Source: a virus (lineage: Duplodnaviria; Caudoviricetes). From it: a stretch of 43,012 nt of DNA. This document shows, one piece after another, positions 1 through 9,670 of this stretch. Location of the stretch: IMG/VR virus record IMGVR_UViG_3300031260_000088, positions 1-43,012 of that record; one strand, given 5' to 3'. The first letter of the stretch is position 1, and each line of letters starts with the position of its first letter. A program made the position numbers and the translations under genes. The notes below the pieces were generated by a model. The model saw nothing but the letters and a program-made list of their open reading frames with translations. It was not told the origin of the DNA and ran no database searches.

Positions 1-675
1 ATCCTTTCGTGGACCACGATCAAGACCGCTCTGTTGGCCACCGCGCAGAAAGCCTGGGCGATCGGGTCGGCGGTGGTAACGGCGGCGACGGCGGCGATTT
101 CAACAGGGTTCCGGGCGATGGGGGTTGCGGTGATGAGTAACCCTATCGGTCTTGTCATTGGCGGCATCGCGCTCGCCGCGACCTTGTTGATTACCTATTG
201 GGAGCCGGTTTCAGGTTTTTTTGTCAGTCTGTGGGCTACCGTGAAGGAAGCGTTTTCTGGAGCATGGGACAGTATCGTCGGCGGATTGTCGACGGCCTGG
301 GAGAAAATAAAATCGCTCTTTTCGTCCGGCGTCGGGTACCTGGTCAAGCTTTGGGAGATGAGCCCCCTTGGTCTACTGTTCCAAGCCGGGGAAGCCCTAG
401 CCGGGCTGGTGGGTATTGCGGCACCCTCCCCAGCATTCAGCGGCGCACCATCGTACCAGGCCCCGGTATTCAGCGGCGGATTTTCCGAGCCCGCTGCGCT
501 ATCTCCGTTGAGAAGCAACACGACATCCTCCTCAACCACCACCATCTCGGCTCCTATCACCGTCCACGCCGCCCCGGGTATGGACGAAAAGAAGCTGGCC
601 GAACAGGTCGGCATCGAGATGGACAAACGTGCCGCCTATGGCCGGGCGCGGCAGCGGGGGGCGCTGCATGACTGA
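1..675 (+). CDS. Tape measure protein, C-terminal part (continues from 41201 across the junction)
   Basis: In frame with the 41201 ORF via the overlap; Ala/Gly-rich with W/F periodicity and NPIGLVI motif. Confidence 0.9.
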   Translation: MLSWTTIKTALLATAQKAWAIGSAVVTAATAAISTGFRAMGVAVMSNPIGLVIGGIALAATLLITYWEPVSGFFVSLWATVKEAFSGAWDSIVGGLSTAWEKIKSLFSSGVGYLVKLWEMSPLGLLFQAGEALAGLVGIAAPSPAFSGAPSYQAPVFSGGFSEPAALSPLRSNTTSSSTTTISAPITVHAAPGMDEKKLAEQVGIEMDKRAAYGRARQRGALHD

Positions 676-1060
676 AATCATGATGATGCTCGGCATGTAT
701 CAGTTTTCGGTTTCGACGGCGGCTTACGAAACGCTGAGCCGCACCGTCGATTACCGCTGGCCGGTGCAGGAACGCATCGGTCGTCGCCCGGCGCGGCAGT
801 TCGTCGGCATCGGCGACGAGACAATCGAGCTTTCGGGGGTGATTCTGCCCCACTACTCCGGCGGGCTGGGGCAGCTCGACAAGCTGCGCGAGCTGGCCGG
901 TCAAGGGGTGGCTCTGACTTTGGCCGATGGGCGCGGGCGCATCTGGGGCAAGTACTGCATCACCGCCGTGAGCGAAACCCGCACGGTCTTTTGGCCTGAC
1001 GGCGAGCCGCGCCGAATGGAGTTCCGCCTGTCGCTGGGTCGGTATGGGGAGGAACGTTGA
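668..1060 (+). CDS. P2 gpU-like tail protein
   Basis: MMMLGMYQFSVSTAAY...RQFVGIG..TIELSG motif; follows the tape measure gene. Confidence 0.9.
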   Translation: MTEIMMMLGMYQFSVSTAAYETLSRTVDYRWPVQERIGRRPARQFVGIGDETIELSGVILPHYSGGLGQLDKLRELAGQGVALTLADGRGRIWGKYCITAVSETRTVFWPDGEPRRMEFRLSLGRYGEER

Positions 1061-1266
1061 TGCTGACCTACCGCACCAAAGACGGGGACATGCTCGACTG
1101 GATCTGCTCCAAGCACTACGGCCGCACCTCGGGCGCGGTGGAGGCGGTGCTGGAAGCCAACCCGGGCCTGGCCGATCTGGGGCCGGTCTATGCCGCCGGA
1201 ACGCTGATTTTGCTGCCGGAGCTTCCGGCGGCGGAGTCGGCCGCCACCGTGAAGCTGTGGGATTGA
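1060..1266 (+). CDS. P2 gpX-like tail protein (LysM-like)
   Basis: YRTKDGDMLDWIC..HYG...VLEANPGLA...LWD. Confidence 0.9.
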   Translation: MLTYRTKDGDMLDWICSKHYGRTSGAVEAVLEANPGLADLGPVYAAGTLILLPELPAAESAATVKLWD

Positions 1267-1269
1267 TCG

Positions 1270-1521
1270 ATGGAACTTGGAAACTGTCTACTCTACGTGT
1301 TGACGCGCATTGCCTCTAGTGGCGGTCGGATGCTGGTGCAAAAGTCGCTTTATGGCTGGTGGCCTCACTTCATGCACGTTGACGGTCGCGGCTGTGTGAC
1401 TGAGTTCGTACCGCACCGGCCAAGGCCCCGGTTGCTTCTTCCGCCGCCCCTGTTCCGTGGAAGGGTGCGGGTATGGGGGGTCATGGTCGAGAAAACCAGC
1501 CGCAAAGCGGGTCCACGATGA
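1270..1521 (+). CDS. Hypothetical protein between gpX and gpD
   Basis: 83-aa ORF fills the gap; its stop overlaps the next start. Confidence 0.5.
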   Translation: MELGNCLLYVLTRIASSGGRMLVQKSLYGWWPHFMHVDGRGCVTEFVPHRPRPRLLLPPPLFRGRVRVWGVMVEKTSRKAGPR

Positions 1522-2489
1522 CGCCGGATTTCCGCCTTCTCGCCGACACCCAGGACGTGACTGCCGCCCTGGCCGCGCGCCTGATGGAGTTGACTATCGA
1601 GGACGCCGCCGGGATGGAGAGCGACACGGTCAGTATCAGCCTGGATGACCGGGAGGGAACGATCGCCGTGCCGCGCACCGGGGCCGAGCTGGTGGTTTCC
1701 ATCGGCTACAAGGAGACGGGCCTGCAACGGATGGGGTCCTACGTGGTGGACGAAGTGACCATGGACGGCTACCCGCAAAAGATGAACATCCGCGCCCATG
1801 CCGCCGACCTGCGGCAAAAGATCAAGGGCCAGAAGACCCGCCCCTGGGACAACGTCACCCTGGGCGGCATCGTCGCCACCATCGCCGGTGAGCACGGCTA
1901 CACGCCGAAGGTGGCCGCCGCCTTGGCCGCCGAGAGCTTCGCCCATCTCGACCAGGTGAACGAAAGCGACCTTCATTTTCTGACACGCCTGGCCAAGGAT
2001 CGCGGCGCCGTCGCCAAACCCGCCGGGGGCTTCTTGCTCTTCGTCCCGGCGGGCGAGGCCAAAAGCGCAAGCGGCCAGAGCCTGCCCGTGACGGCGCTTT
2101 CCGCCGGGGAGTGTTCCCGCTACAGCATCACGATCGCCGAGCGGGGCAAGTACGGCAAGGTCCGCGCCCGCTGGCACGACACGGCGAACGCCACCGAGCA
2201 GACCATCACCGTCGGCGACGGCGAGCCGGAGCATGTGATTTCCCGGGTCTACCCCGACGCCCAGGCCGCAACCAAGGCGGCCAAGGCCAAGCTGAACGCC
2301 CTGACCCGGGGCGTGGCGACGGTGCGCCTGACCTGCATCGGCAACCCTCTGCTCGCCGCCGAAGGGAAGATCGTGCTTTCGGGCTTTCGGCCCGGGGTGG
2401 ACGGAACCTGGCTGATGACCCGCGTCACCCACAAGCTCGGCAGCGGCGGCTACACCTGCGACATCGAAGGCGAAACCCCTAACGGATAA
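1518..2489 (+). CDS. P2 gpD-like baseplate hub / late control protein
   Basis: MTPDFRLLAD start; DQVNESDLHFLTRLA motif. Confidence 0.9.
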   Translation: MTPDFRLLADTQDVTAALAARLMELTIEDAAGMESDTVSISLDDREGTIAVPRTGAELVVSIGYKETGLQRMGSYVVDEVTMDGYPQKMNIRAHAADLRQKIKGQKTRPWDNVTLGGIVATIAGEHGYTPKVAAALAAESFAHLDQVNESDLHFLTRLAKDRGAVAKPAGGFLLFVPAGEAKSASGQSLPVTALSAGECSRYSITIAERGKYGKVRARWHDTANATEQTITVGDGEPEHVISRVYPDAQAATKAAKAKLNALTRGVATVRLTCIGNPLLAAEGKIVLSGFRPGVDGTWLMTRVTHKLGSGGYTCDIEGETPNG

Positions 2490-2500
2490 GGAGCCACCCC

Positions 2501-2752
2501 ATGAGCATGAAAATAGCCAAGGACAACACCGCCACCCCGGATTTTTATTCGGAGAATGGCGCCGGGACCGACCCGCTCCGCGCCGCCGTTACGCTGGACG
2601 GGACCGGCGGGGTCAAGACCGCCGTGTCGGCCAGCCCGATCTATGTGATTTTTTCCGACGACGGCGAGAACATCGCCAGCATAACCGGCCACGACGACAA
2701 CCCCGCCGGTCTGGTCTGGGCCGACGGCTTCGAGATCGAGGTGGTGGCGTGA
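2501..2752 (+). CDS. Hypothetical protein
   Basis: AAGGAG RBS, 83 aa, coupled to the next gene. Confidence 0.65.
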   Translation: MSMKIAKDNTATPDFYSENGAGTDPLRAAVTLDGTGGVKTAVSASPIYVIFSDDGENIASITGHDDNPAGLVWADGFEIEVVA

Positions 2753-3084
2753 TCGGCATGAGCGGAGCGGACGGCAAGCCGCTGTCGGGCATCGATCATC
2801 TGCGCCAGTCGATCCGCGACATTCTGACCACGCCGATCGGCAGCCGGGTGATGCGGCGGGACTACGGCTCGCGGCTGTTCCAGCTGGTCGACCGGCCGAC
2901 CACCCCGGCGCTGATGGTGGAGTTGTACGTCGCCACCGCCGAGGCCCTGGATCGCTGGGAGCCAAGGATCAAGGTGGATAGCGTGCAGTCTTGCGCCGTT
3001 GAGTCGGGCCGCGTCAGCCTGACCTTGACGGGACGTTACCGCCCCACCGGCCAACCCGTCACCCTGGAGGGCATCGTATTATGA
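2749..3084 (+). CDS. Baseplate wedge protein, gpW/gp25 family
   Basis: HLRQSIRDILTTPIGSRVMRRDYGS...WEPRI. Confidence 0.92.
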   Translation: MIGMSGADGKPLSGIDHLRQSIRDILTTPIGSRVMRRDYGSRLFQLVDRPTTPALMVELYVATAEALDRWEPRIKVDSVQSCAVESGRVSLTLTGRYRPTGQPVTLEGIVL

Positions 3085-3968
3085 ACGTCATTGATTTAAG
3101 TCTAGTCACTGCGCCGGACGTTGTCGAGACGCTCGACTATGAGGATATTTTGGCGGCCATGATCGCCGAGCTACAGAGCCGGGACTCTGCGTTTGACGCC
3201 TTGGTCGAGTCGGACCCAGCCTATAAGGTTCTGGAGGTCTGCGCTTACCGAGAACTGCTGATTCGCCAGCGAGTGAACGATGCGGCGCGCTCGGTGATGC
3301 TGGCCTACGCTGCTGGCGTCGACCTGGACCACCTGGCCGCGCTTTACGGTGTGCAGCGGATGGTGGTCGACGCTGGCGACCCCGATGCCGCCCCGCCGGT
3401 GCCGGCCACCTACGAAAGCGACAGCGCCCTGCGCGCCCGCATTCTGCTGGCGCCAGAAAGCCTGAGCGTGGCGGGGCCTATAGGGGCCTACAAATACCAC
3501 GCCCTGTCGGCGGATGCCGATGTGCTCGACGTTGACGTGAGCAGCCCATCGCCCGGGCAGGTTTTGCTGACGATCCTGTCAGCCACTGGCGATGGCACCC
3601 CTGACGCGGGGCTGCTTGCGAGCGTAGAGGAAGCCGTGACTTCTGAAGACGTCAGGCCCCTGACCGACCAGGTGTTGGTGCTGGCCGCCGCGATAGTGCC
3701 TTACGAGGTGTCGGCCACCCTGACCTTCTTCGCCGGGCCCGATGCGGAAACCATCCGGCAGGCGGCACAGTCTGCTTGCAGCGCCTACGTGCAAAACAGC
3801 CACCGGCTAGGGCGAGACGTGACGCTTTCGGGCCTGTACGCCGCCCTCCACCAGCCGGGCGTGCAAAACGTCTCGCTGGCGAGTCCCGCCGCCGATATCG
3901 TCGTGAGCGGCCAACAGGCCGCCTGGTGCAGCTCTCTGTCCGTGACGGCCGGGGGGATAGATGAATAG
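3081..3968 (+). CDS. Baseplate assembly protein J
   Basis: IDLSL..PDVVETLDYE, LESDP-like, SVAGP..AY, VRPLTD motifs. Confidence 0.93.
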   Translation: MNVIDLSLVTAPDVVETLDYEDILAAMIAELQSRDSAFDALVESDPAYKVLEVCAYRELLIRQRVNDAARSVMLAYAAGVDLDHLAALYGVQRMVVDAGDPDAAPPVPATYESDSALRARILLAPESLSVAGPIGAYKYHALSADADVLDVDVSSPSPGQVLLTILSATGDGTPDAGLLASVEEAVTSEDVRPLTDQVLVLAAAIVPYEVSATLTFFAGPDAETIRQAAQSACSAYVQNSHRLGRDVTLSGLYAALHQPGVQNVSLASPAADIVVSGQQAAWCSSLSVTAGGIDE

Positions 3969-4749
3969 CCTGCTGCCGCCAAACGCCAGCCCCCAAGAGC
4001 GGGCCATCGAGCAGTCGGCCGAGCGCCTCGGCGCGGTGGATGTGCCCGTGGGGAAGCTCTGGGACCCGAAGTCCTGTCCTGTCTCTCTGCTGCCATGGCT
4101 GGCGTGGGCGCTGTCGGTCGACGAGTGGCGCAGTGACTGGCCAGAAAGCACCAAGCGGGCGGTGGTCGCGGCCTCCCTTGGGGTGCATGCCCACAAAGGG
4201 ACGGTCTGGGCGCTGCGCCGGGCTCTAGAAGCGGCGGGCTATCCCCAGGCGCGCATCGCCGAGTGGTTCGAGACGGCGGGCGACCCCTACACCGGAACGG
4301 TGCATATCGACTTGGCCGAGGAGGTTGTCGGAGGGGGCGTGTGGGCGCGCCTGATTCGCCTGGTCGAGCGCTACAAGAACGCGCGCAGCCACATCGGACT
4401 GCGCCTCAGCCGGACAATATCCGGCGCCACACCCCTCTACGCCGCCGCCCTGACCTCTGGCGAGCGCGTCGAAATCCTCCCCCGACACACGCCGCTCATC
4501 GAGGCGTCTGGCGCGGCGCCGATGCTTGGGATGGCGGTTCACGCCGGAGAGGTTGCGACGGTGTGGCCGCACAGGCAGTACGAGGCGCAGGTATCGGGTG
4601 CGGCGCTGACGTGCGCCCTTGCGGCCACGGCGCTTGAGGTTGCGACGGTGCGGCCGGCCGTGACAGAGAGCGTCCAGTTTGGAAGTCAGGTGTTTTTCTA
4701 TGGCGCGGTGACGCGCACGACGGAAACCGTAACCATTCAACCCCAGTAG
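3961..4749 (+). CDS. P2 gpI-like tail protein with C-terminal extension
   Basis: SLLPPNA, LLPWLAWALSVDEW, HAHKGT, KNARSH motifs. Confidence 0.9.
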   Translation: MNSLLPPNASPQERAIEQSAERLGAVDVPVGKLWDPKSCPVSLLPWLAWALSVDEWRSDWPESTKRAVVAASLGVHAHKGTVWALRRALEAAGYPQARIAEWFETAGDPYTGTVHIDLAEEVVGGGVWARLIRLVERYKNARSHIGLRLSRTISGATPLYAAALTSGERVEILPRHTPLIEASGAAPMLGMAVHAGEVATVWPHRQYEAQVSGAALTCALAATALEVATVRPAVTESVQFGSQVFFYGAVTRTTETVTIQPQ

Positions 4750-4758
4750 GAGGACTAC

Positions 4759-6897
4759 ATGAGCACTTACTTCATGTTGCTCACGACGATCGGCAAGGCC
4801 AAGCTGGCCAACGCCATGGCCAACGGCCAGCCGCTTGAGCTGACCGAGATGCGACTCGGGCAGGGCGACTACACGCCCTCTCAAGGGCAAACGTCGCTCA
4901 TTGCCCAGGTGTGGGCCGGGCCGCTCAGCTCTGTGCAGCAAGACCCCGAAAACCCAGGATGGGTCGTTGCCGAGCTGATTTTGCCCCCGGAAGTGGGCGG
5001 CTTCCTGATCCGCGAAGTCGGCGTTTTCGACAACGAGGGCGACCTGATCTTTGTCGGGAAATTTCCCGAGACGTACAAGCCTCTGCTCGAGGAGGGGAGC
5101 GGGAAGGATCTGGTCATCCGCGTCATTCTGGAGGTCGGCAACGCCTCGAGCGTCACCCTCACCATCGACCCATCGGTCGTACTCGCCAGCCGACAGTACG
5201 TCGATGAGCGCGGGGCGATCTACCGCGACGCCGCCAAGATGCACGCCGACCAGATTCTGGCGGAGCATCTCGGTAAGCGCCATCGCCCGCTGCTCCTCGT
5301 GCAGGGCAATCGCACGGCCGTGGCGGGGGATCGCTTCTGGGTCGATACGCGCCAGGGGGGCATTGTCGTGACGCTGCCCGAGCAGGCCGCCGCCAACGAT
5401 ACCGTGACCCTTGGCGACTACGCCGGGACGTGGGGCGAGTCCGCCGTGACCGTCGTGCGAAACGGGCACCGGATCAACGGGGCGGAGGAGGATCTGAATT
5501 TGTCGAGCTCCGGCGCGGTCGTGACGCTCGAATATGTCAACGCGGCGCAGGGGTGGAAAATCGCGTCGGGCACGGCCCACGGCGGCGGCGAGCTGGTGCG
5601 CCGCCCGGTCAACGTGTCGCCCGCGAATGGGGCGCTCGGCGTCTCGCCGCTGCCGACGCTGGAGGCTGGGGACTTTTACAGCACCTGGGGCGGCGTCGCC
5701 CATGCGGCGAGCCGGTTCCAGATCGCCACCGATGCCGGTTTCGCCAACATCGTCTACGACTCCGGCGTGCTGGGTGCGGTCACGAGCCATGTCGTCACCG
5801 ATCAACTTGATCCGATGGAGCACTTCTGGCGGGCGCAGTACGAATCAGCGCTGGGCGAGGCGTCCGAGTGGTCCGTGCCGACCTCGTTCGTCGCCGCCGC
5901 CGCCGCTGTGGCAGCACCGCAGATCACATCACCGCAAAACGACGCCACCGACATCCCCGAGCAGCCGGTGCTCGAAACCTCGGCGTTCAGCGTTCTGGGT
6001 GACGAAGACACCCACGCGTCTACCTCGTGGCGCATCCAGCAAGGCGGAGTGACTGTGTGGGAAGAACTGGGGGACGCCTCGAATCTGCTGAGCATCGTCG
6101 TCCCCGCAGAGATCCTGCAAGAAGGAACCGTCTACACCGTGCAGGCCCGGCACCACGGGCAGACCTACGGCGCATCCCCGTGGTCGTCGCCCGCCACCTT
6201 CACCACGTCCGCCCAGTTCATCCCCGCCGATGAGATCGGCGTCCCCTACGGCGGCGGCTACACCGCCGGCAAGATCGTCAGCGACGTCGACGGCGAGACG
6301 TACCTGATCATCGTCTCGGACGGCGGCGGTGACAGCTATCAGATGGGTGCTGGCACGAAACAGTGGCGCACCTCGAATACATCCGTCACGACCACCCCGG
6401 GTGTGCCGCCGATGACCTTGGCCGACGGTGCGGCCAACCACGCCGCCATGCGTGCTGCTGGGATCGCGAACTTCCCGGCCGCAAAGTGGATCGACGACGT
6501 CTGCAACGCCGGTGCGGGCCTCAACGGGCAGAGCGACTGGTACCTGCCCGCCCGCGACGAGCTCGAACTCCTCTACCGCAACGACAAGCCGACGACCGAC
6601 GCGAACAACACGGGCACGCGCACAACGTCGGGCTTCGGCGGCGACGGAGCGGTCCACGGCACGAACAACTCATCCGTGCCAACGGGGGCCGGATACACCG
6701 CAGGGAGTCCGGCACAGACGCAGATCGTCTCGTTCCGCACTGGCCAGCCGGACGCACTGTCGGCCAACCTCTACTGGTCGTCCACGGAGATCGACGCCAG
6801 CAACGCCTGGAGACAGGCCTTCAGCACTGGCAGCCAGTACAGCAGCAGTAAGACGAACACCTTCTATGTTCGAGCCGTCCGGAGAATTAAACTTTAA
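4759..6897 (+). CDS. Tail fibre / receptor-binding protein; DGR target with C-terminal CLec-fold (DUF1566/Lcl-like) domain
   Basis: P2 gpH-like N-terminus (GGFLIREVG, PETYKP); two FN3/Ig-like repeats; WYLP..DEL and YWSSTE..AW..F..G...YVRAVR; VR at the 3' end. Confidence 0.92.
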   Translation: MSTYFMLLTTIGKAKLANAMANGQPLELTEMRLGQGDYTPSQGQTSLIAQVWAGPLSSVQQDPENPGWVVAELILPPEVGGFLIREVGVFDNEGDLIFVGKFPETYKPLLEEGSGKDLVIRVILEVGNASSVTLTIDPSVVLASRQYVDERGAIYRDAAKMHADQILAEHLGKRHRPLLLVQGNRTAVAGDRFWVDTRQGGIVVTLPEQAAANDTVTLGDYAGTWGESAVTVVRNGHRINGAEEDLNLSSSGAVVTLEYVNAAQGWKIASGTAHGGGELVRRPVNVSPANGALGVSPLPTLEAGDFYSTWGGVAHAASRFQIATDAGFANIVYDSGVLGAVTSHVVTDQLDPMEHFWRAQYESALGEASEWSVPTSFVAAAAAVAAPQITSPQNDATDIPEQPVLETSAFSVLGDEDTHASTSWRIQQGGVTVWEELGDASNLLSIVVPAEILQEGTVYTVQARHHGQTYGASPWSSPATFTTSAQFIPADEIGVPYGGGYTAGKIVSDVDGETYLIIVSDGGGDSYQMGAGTKQWRTSNTSVTTTPGVPPMTLADGAANHAAMRAAGIANFPAAKWIDDVCNAGAGLNGQSDWYLPARDELELLYRNDKPTTDANNTGTRTTSGFGGDGAVHGTNNSSVPTGAGYTAGSPAQTQIVSFRTGQPDALSANLYWSSTEIDASNAWRQAFSTGSQYSSSKTNTFYVRAVRRIKL
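6751..6885 (+). repeat. DGR variable repeat (VR)
   Basis: 135-bp match to 7404-7538 with 15 mismatches, all opposite TR adenines. Confidence 0.97.
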
Positions 6898-6916
6898 CCT
6901 TTAAGGTTTTATTTAG

Positions 6917-7258
6917 ATGAAGACGACCGATCTGCCGATCTACCGCGTGACGTATCAGCTCTTGGAGCGCATCACGCAATATGCCCGCAATTTCCCCCGC
7001 GATATGAAACTCTCGCTGGCGACGCGACTGCAAGAGGAGTGCGTCGAGCTGGTGCTCAACGTGTACCGGGCCAACGTGACGCGGCAGGGGCGCAGGCAGT
7101 ACATCGGGGCCGTCTTGGAGAGGGTGAAGGTCGTGGAGCTGATGATCCGGCTGTGCCGCGACCTGCACCTGATCAGCATCAAGCAGTATGCCGCCGTGGC
7201 CGAGCTGACCGACCAGATCGGCCGTCAGGCCTACGGATGGCAGAAGTCGAGCGCATGA
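6917..7258 (+). CDS. avd: DGR accessory variability determinant (four-helix bundle)
   Basis: 113 aa, basic; LPIY..FPR..K..L...IGRQAYGW pattern; lies between VR and TR. Confidence 0.9.
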   Translation: MKTTDLPIYRVTYQLLERITQYARNFPRDMKLSLATRLQEECVELVLNVYRANVTRQGRRQYIGAVLERVKVVELMIRLCRDLHLISIKQYAAVAELTDQIGRQAYGWQKSSA

Positions 7259-7403
7259 CACCTGGCCGGAATGCGTGCGGGTCACGGCCCCGCGCAGTGA
7301 GCCATTTAATCTCGGGCCGCTCCCGCTGGGTTTCAGCGATAGGGCAAACGCCAGTTTCGCCATCCCCCGTATTGGGTGGCGCGACGTGTGAGTGAGCGGC
7401 TGT

Positions 7404-7538
7404 AACGCACTGACGGCCAACAACTACTGGTCGTCCACGGAGATCGACGCCAGCAACGCCTGGAGACAGAACTTCAACACTGGCAACCAGAACAGCAACA
7501 ATAAGACGAACAACAACTATGTTCGAGCCGTCCGGAAA
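7404..7538 (+). repeat. DGR template repeat (TR)
   Basis: Adenine-rich copy of VR with 13 AAY codons. Confidence 0.97.
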
Positions 7539-7550
7539 TTAAGGGGTGCC

Positions 7551-8657
7551 ATGTTCAGCCTCGACGAAATTTTTCAGGCCTATTTTGACTGCCGCAGCAA
7601 TAAGCGCAACACGCACACGGCCGTGCAGTTCGAACAGCGCCTGGAGCGTAACCTGATGCAGCTCTACCGCGACCTGAACGAGGGGAGCTACCGCATCGGC
7701 CGCTCGGTCTGTTTTGTGGTGACGCATCCCAAGTACCGCGAGGTGTGGGCCGCGAACTTTCGCGACCGCATCGTGCATCACCTGGTCTACAACAGCATCG
7801 CCGACCGCTTCTATCGGCGCTTCATCCACGACAGCTACGCCTGCATTCCGGGGCGCGGCGTCCTTTTCGGCGCAGAGCGCATCTACAAGCACATGCGAAG
7901 CGCCACCGAAAACTGGCAGCGCCGCGCCTGGTACCTGCAGGCCGATCTCGCCAACTTTTTCGTGAGCATCGACAAGGGTGTTCTCGAAGAACTGGTGCTA
8001 CGCCACGTCCCCGAGCCCGAGCTTCGCCGCCTGATCGCGCAGATCATCTGGCACGACCCGACGCCGAACCCCGTCCGGAACAGCCCCGACTATCTGTTCG
8101 CCTGCATGCCGCCGCACAAGAGCCTCTTTAACTGCGGCAAGCGCAGAGGCCTGCCGATCGGCAATTTGTCGAGCCAGTTTTTCGCCAACATCTACCTGGA
8201 CGCCCTCGACCAGTACGCCAAGCGCACGCTCAAGGTGCGCTGGTACGGCCGCTATGTCGACGACGTGGTGCTAATCGGGCACGATCCGGCAGAGCTGAAC
8301 GAGGCATTTGCGGCCCTCTCTCGCTTCGCCGAGGACCATCTGCACGTGCGCTTTCACCCGAAAAAGACGGTGCGAAACACCGTCGATTGCGGCATCAACT
8401 TCTGTGGACAGATCCTCAAGCCGTACCGCAAATACATCCGCTCGCGCACGGCGAGGTCAATGAAACGCGCCGCCGCCGATCCGGAGCGCCACACAGACCC
8501 GAAGCGCTGGGCGTCGCGGGTGAACAGCTACCTGGGACACTGCCGGCACGCGAACACTTATAGACTGCGCAAGCAACTGGCCATCGAGACCGGAGCCCGC
8601 TTCGCGCCGAACCTGACGAAAATCATCATTCCAAGGAGGACCCCATGCAATTCGTGA
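7551..8657 (+). CDS. DGR reverse transcriptase
   Basis: RDRIVHH, GLPIGNLSSQFFAN (DGR-type SQ) and RYVDD motifs; AAGGGG RBS before ATG 7551. Confidence 0.96.
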   Translation: MFSLDEIFQAYFDCRSNKRNTHTAVQFEQRLERNLMQLYRDLNEGSYRIGRSVCFVVTHPKYREVWAANFRDRIVHHLVYNSIADRFYRRFIHDSYACIPGRGVLFGAERIYKHMRSATENWQRRAWYLQADLANFFVSIDKGVLEELVLRHVPEPELRRLIAQIIWHDPTPNPVRNSPDYLFACMPPHKSLFNCGKRRGLPIGNLSSQFFANIYLDALDQYAKRTLKVRWYGRYVDDVVLIGHDPAELNEAFAALSRFAEDHLHVRFHPKKTVRNTVDCGINFCGQILKPYRKYIRSRTARSMKRAAADPERHTDPKRWASRVNSYLGHCRHANTYRLRKQLAIETGARFAPNLTKIIIPRRTPCNS

Positions 8658-9160
8658 TCGCCTACTACCACGACGCCCAGGACGGCCGCCCGGCCAACGA
8701 GTTTCCGCTGCGCCACGGCCCCGTCGTCCCCCACCCCGAGCTCACCATCGACGCGGTCGACCGGCGCACAAGCCCCGCGCTCATTATCGGGCGCATCCCC
8801 GAAGGAGCCGATCTCGCCGCCGGCATGACGCGGGTCGACGAATCGGCACATCAGCAGATGCTCGCCGACGTCGCGGCCTGGCGCGAAGACCTGGCCGCCA
8901 AAGAACTTGCGGCGGCGCGGCAGAAGATGGTGATCAGTCGCTTCCAGGCTCGTGCCGTGCTGCGGCAAATGGGCCTGCGGGACCAAGTCGAAACGCTTAT
9001 GAATCACCCTGACGCCGACCCTTTCATGGTCGATGCCTGGACCGACGCACAAGAGTTCCGGCGCACGTCGCCAACACTGGCAGCCGTCGCCGCCCTGCTC
9101 GGCCTCGCGGAGGAGCAACTCGACGAGATATTCGAGGTCGCAGCGAGGATCGAGGCATGA
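8645..9160 (+). CDS. Putative tail fibre assembly/chaperone protein
   Basis: ISRFQARAVL..W..A.EFRRTSP..LGL..EQLDEIF pattern typical of genes downstream of fibres. Confidence 0.6.
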   Translation: MQFVIAYYHDAQDGRPANEFPLRHGPVVPHPELTIDAVDRRTSPALIIGRIPEGADLAAGMTRVDESAHQQMLADVAAWREDLAAKELAAARQKMVISRFQARAVLRQMGLRDQVETLMNHPDADPFMVDAWTDAQEFRRTSPTLAAVAALLGLAEEQLDEIFEVAARIEA

Positions 9161-9456
9161 CCCGCCGCCCCCGCTGGGTCCGCATAGGCGACTGGCTCTC
9201 GGCAGGCTGGAACGTCCTCATACACAACGGCGAGTCTGACGAGAGCACCAGTGGCCGCTCGTATCGGGAGGGCGCTCTGGAGGACAGCCCCGAATGGCTC
9301 AAACGGATGCAGAGGATCGACCGGGTGTTTTCCGCGCTGAAGATCGAGACTGAACACTGCCGGCGGGCACACGAAGCGGACATAGAGAGGGCAGCTGGCA
9401 GGCTTGAGTATTCTTCTGGCTCCCGGAACGGCCAACACTCTCAGGGAGTACAATAG
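9157..9456 (+). CDS. Hypothetical phage protein
   Basis: Coupled start; GESDESTSGR...HC motif. Confidence 0.6.
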   Translation: MTRRPRWVRIGDWLSAGWNVLIHNGESDESTSGRSYREGALEDSPEWLKRMQRIDRVFSALKIETEHCRRAHEADIERAAGRLEYSSGSRNGQHSQGVQ

Positions 9457-9592
9457 TGGCGCGCCGGTTGGCAACTTCGGTTGCGAGCGGACGATAGCCC
9501 GTCTTTCAGGGGCATGCGCGGCACGCGGATACGTTTAATTTGCGGGGGAAACTGCTAGGCCCTCGACCCGCTTCGAATCGAAGAAAATAGGC

Positions 9593-9620
9593 GTGGACAA
9601 ATGTGGACAAACGTGGACAA
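9593..9620 (+). repeat. Three GTGGACAA direct repeats at 10-bp spacing; likely integrase arm-type sites
   Basis: Copies at 9593, 9603 and 9613; inverted TGTCCAC at 9781-9787 on the other side of the att core. Confidence 0.7.
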
Positions 9621-9632
9621 AACAAAAAGCGA

Positions 9633-9670
9633 AAGGGGTTAGCTGAAATCAGCTAACCCCTTGTTTTTTC
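9633..9670. terminator. Bidirectional intrinsic terminator
   Basis: AAGGGGTTAGCTGA/TCAGCTAACCCCTT inverted repeat with T-rich tracts on both strands. Confidence 0.85.

Noticed and set aside
7392-7550. 53-aa N-terminal extension of the RT
   Set aside because: It is the TR read in frame; the RBS and typical RT start are at 7551
7551-8657. Group II intron or retron RT
   Set aside because: The TR/VR pair, avd and SQ motif identify a DGR
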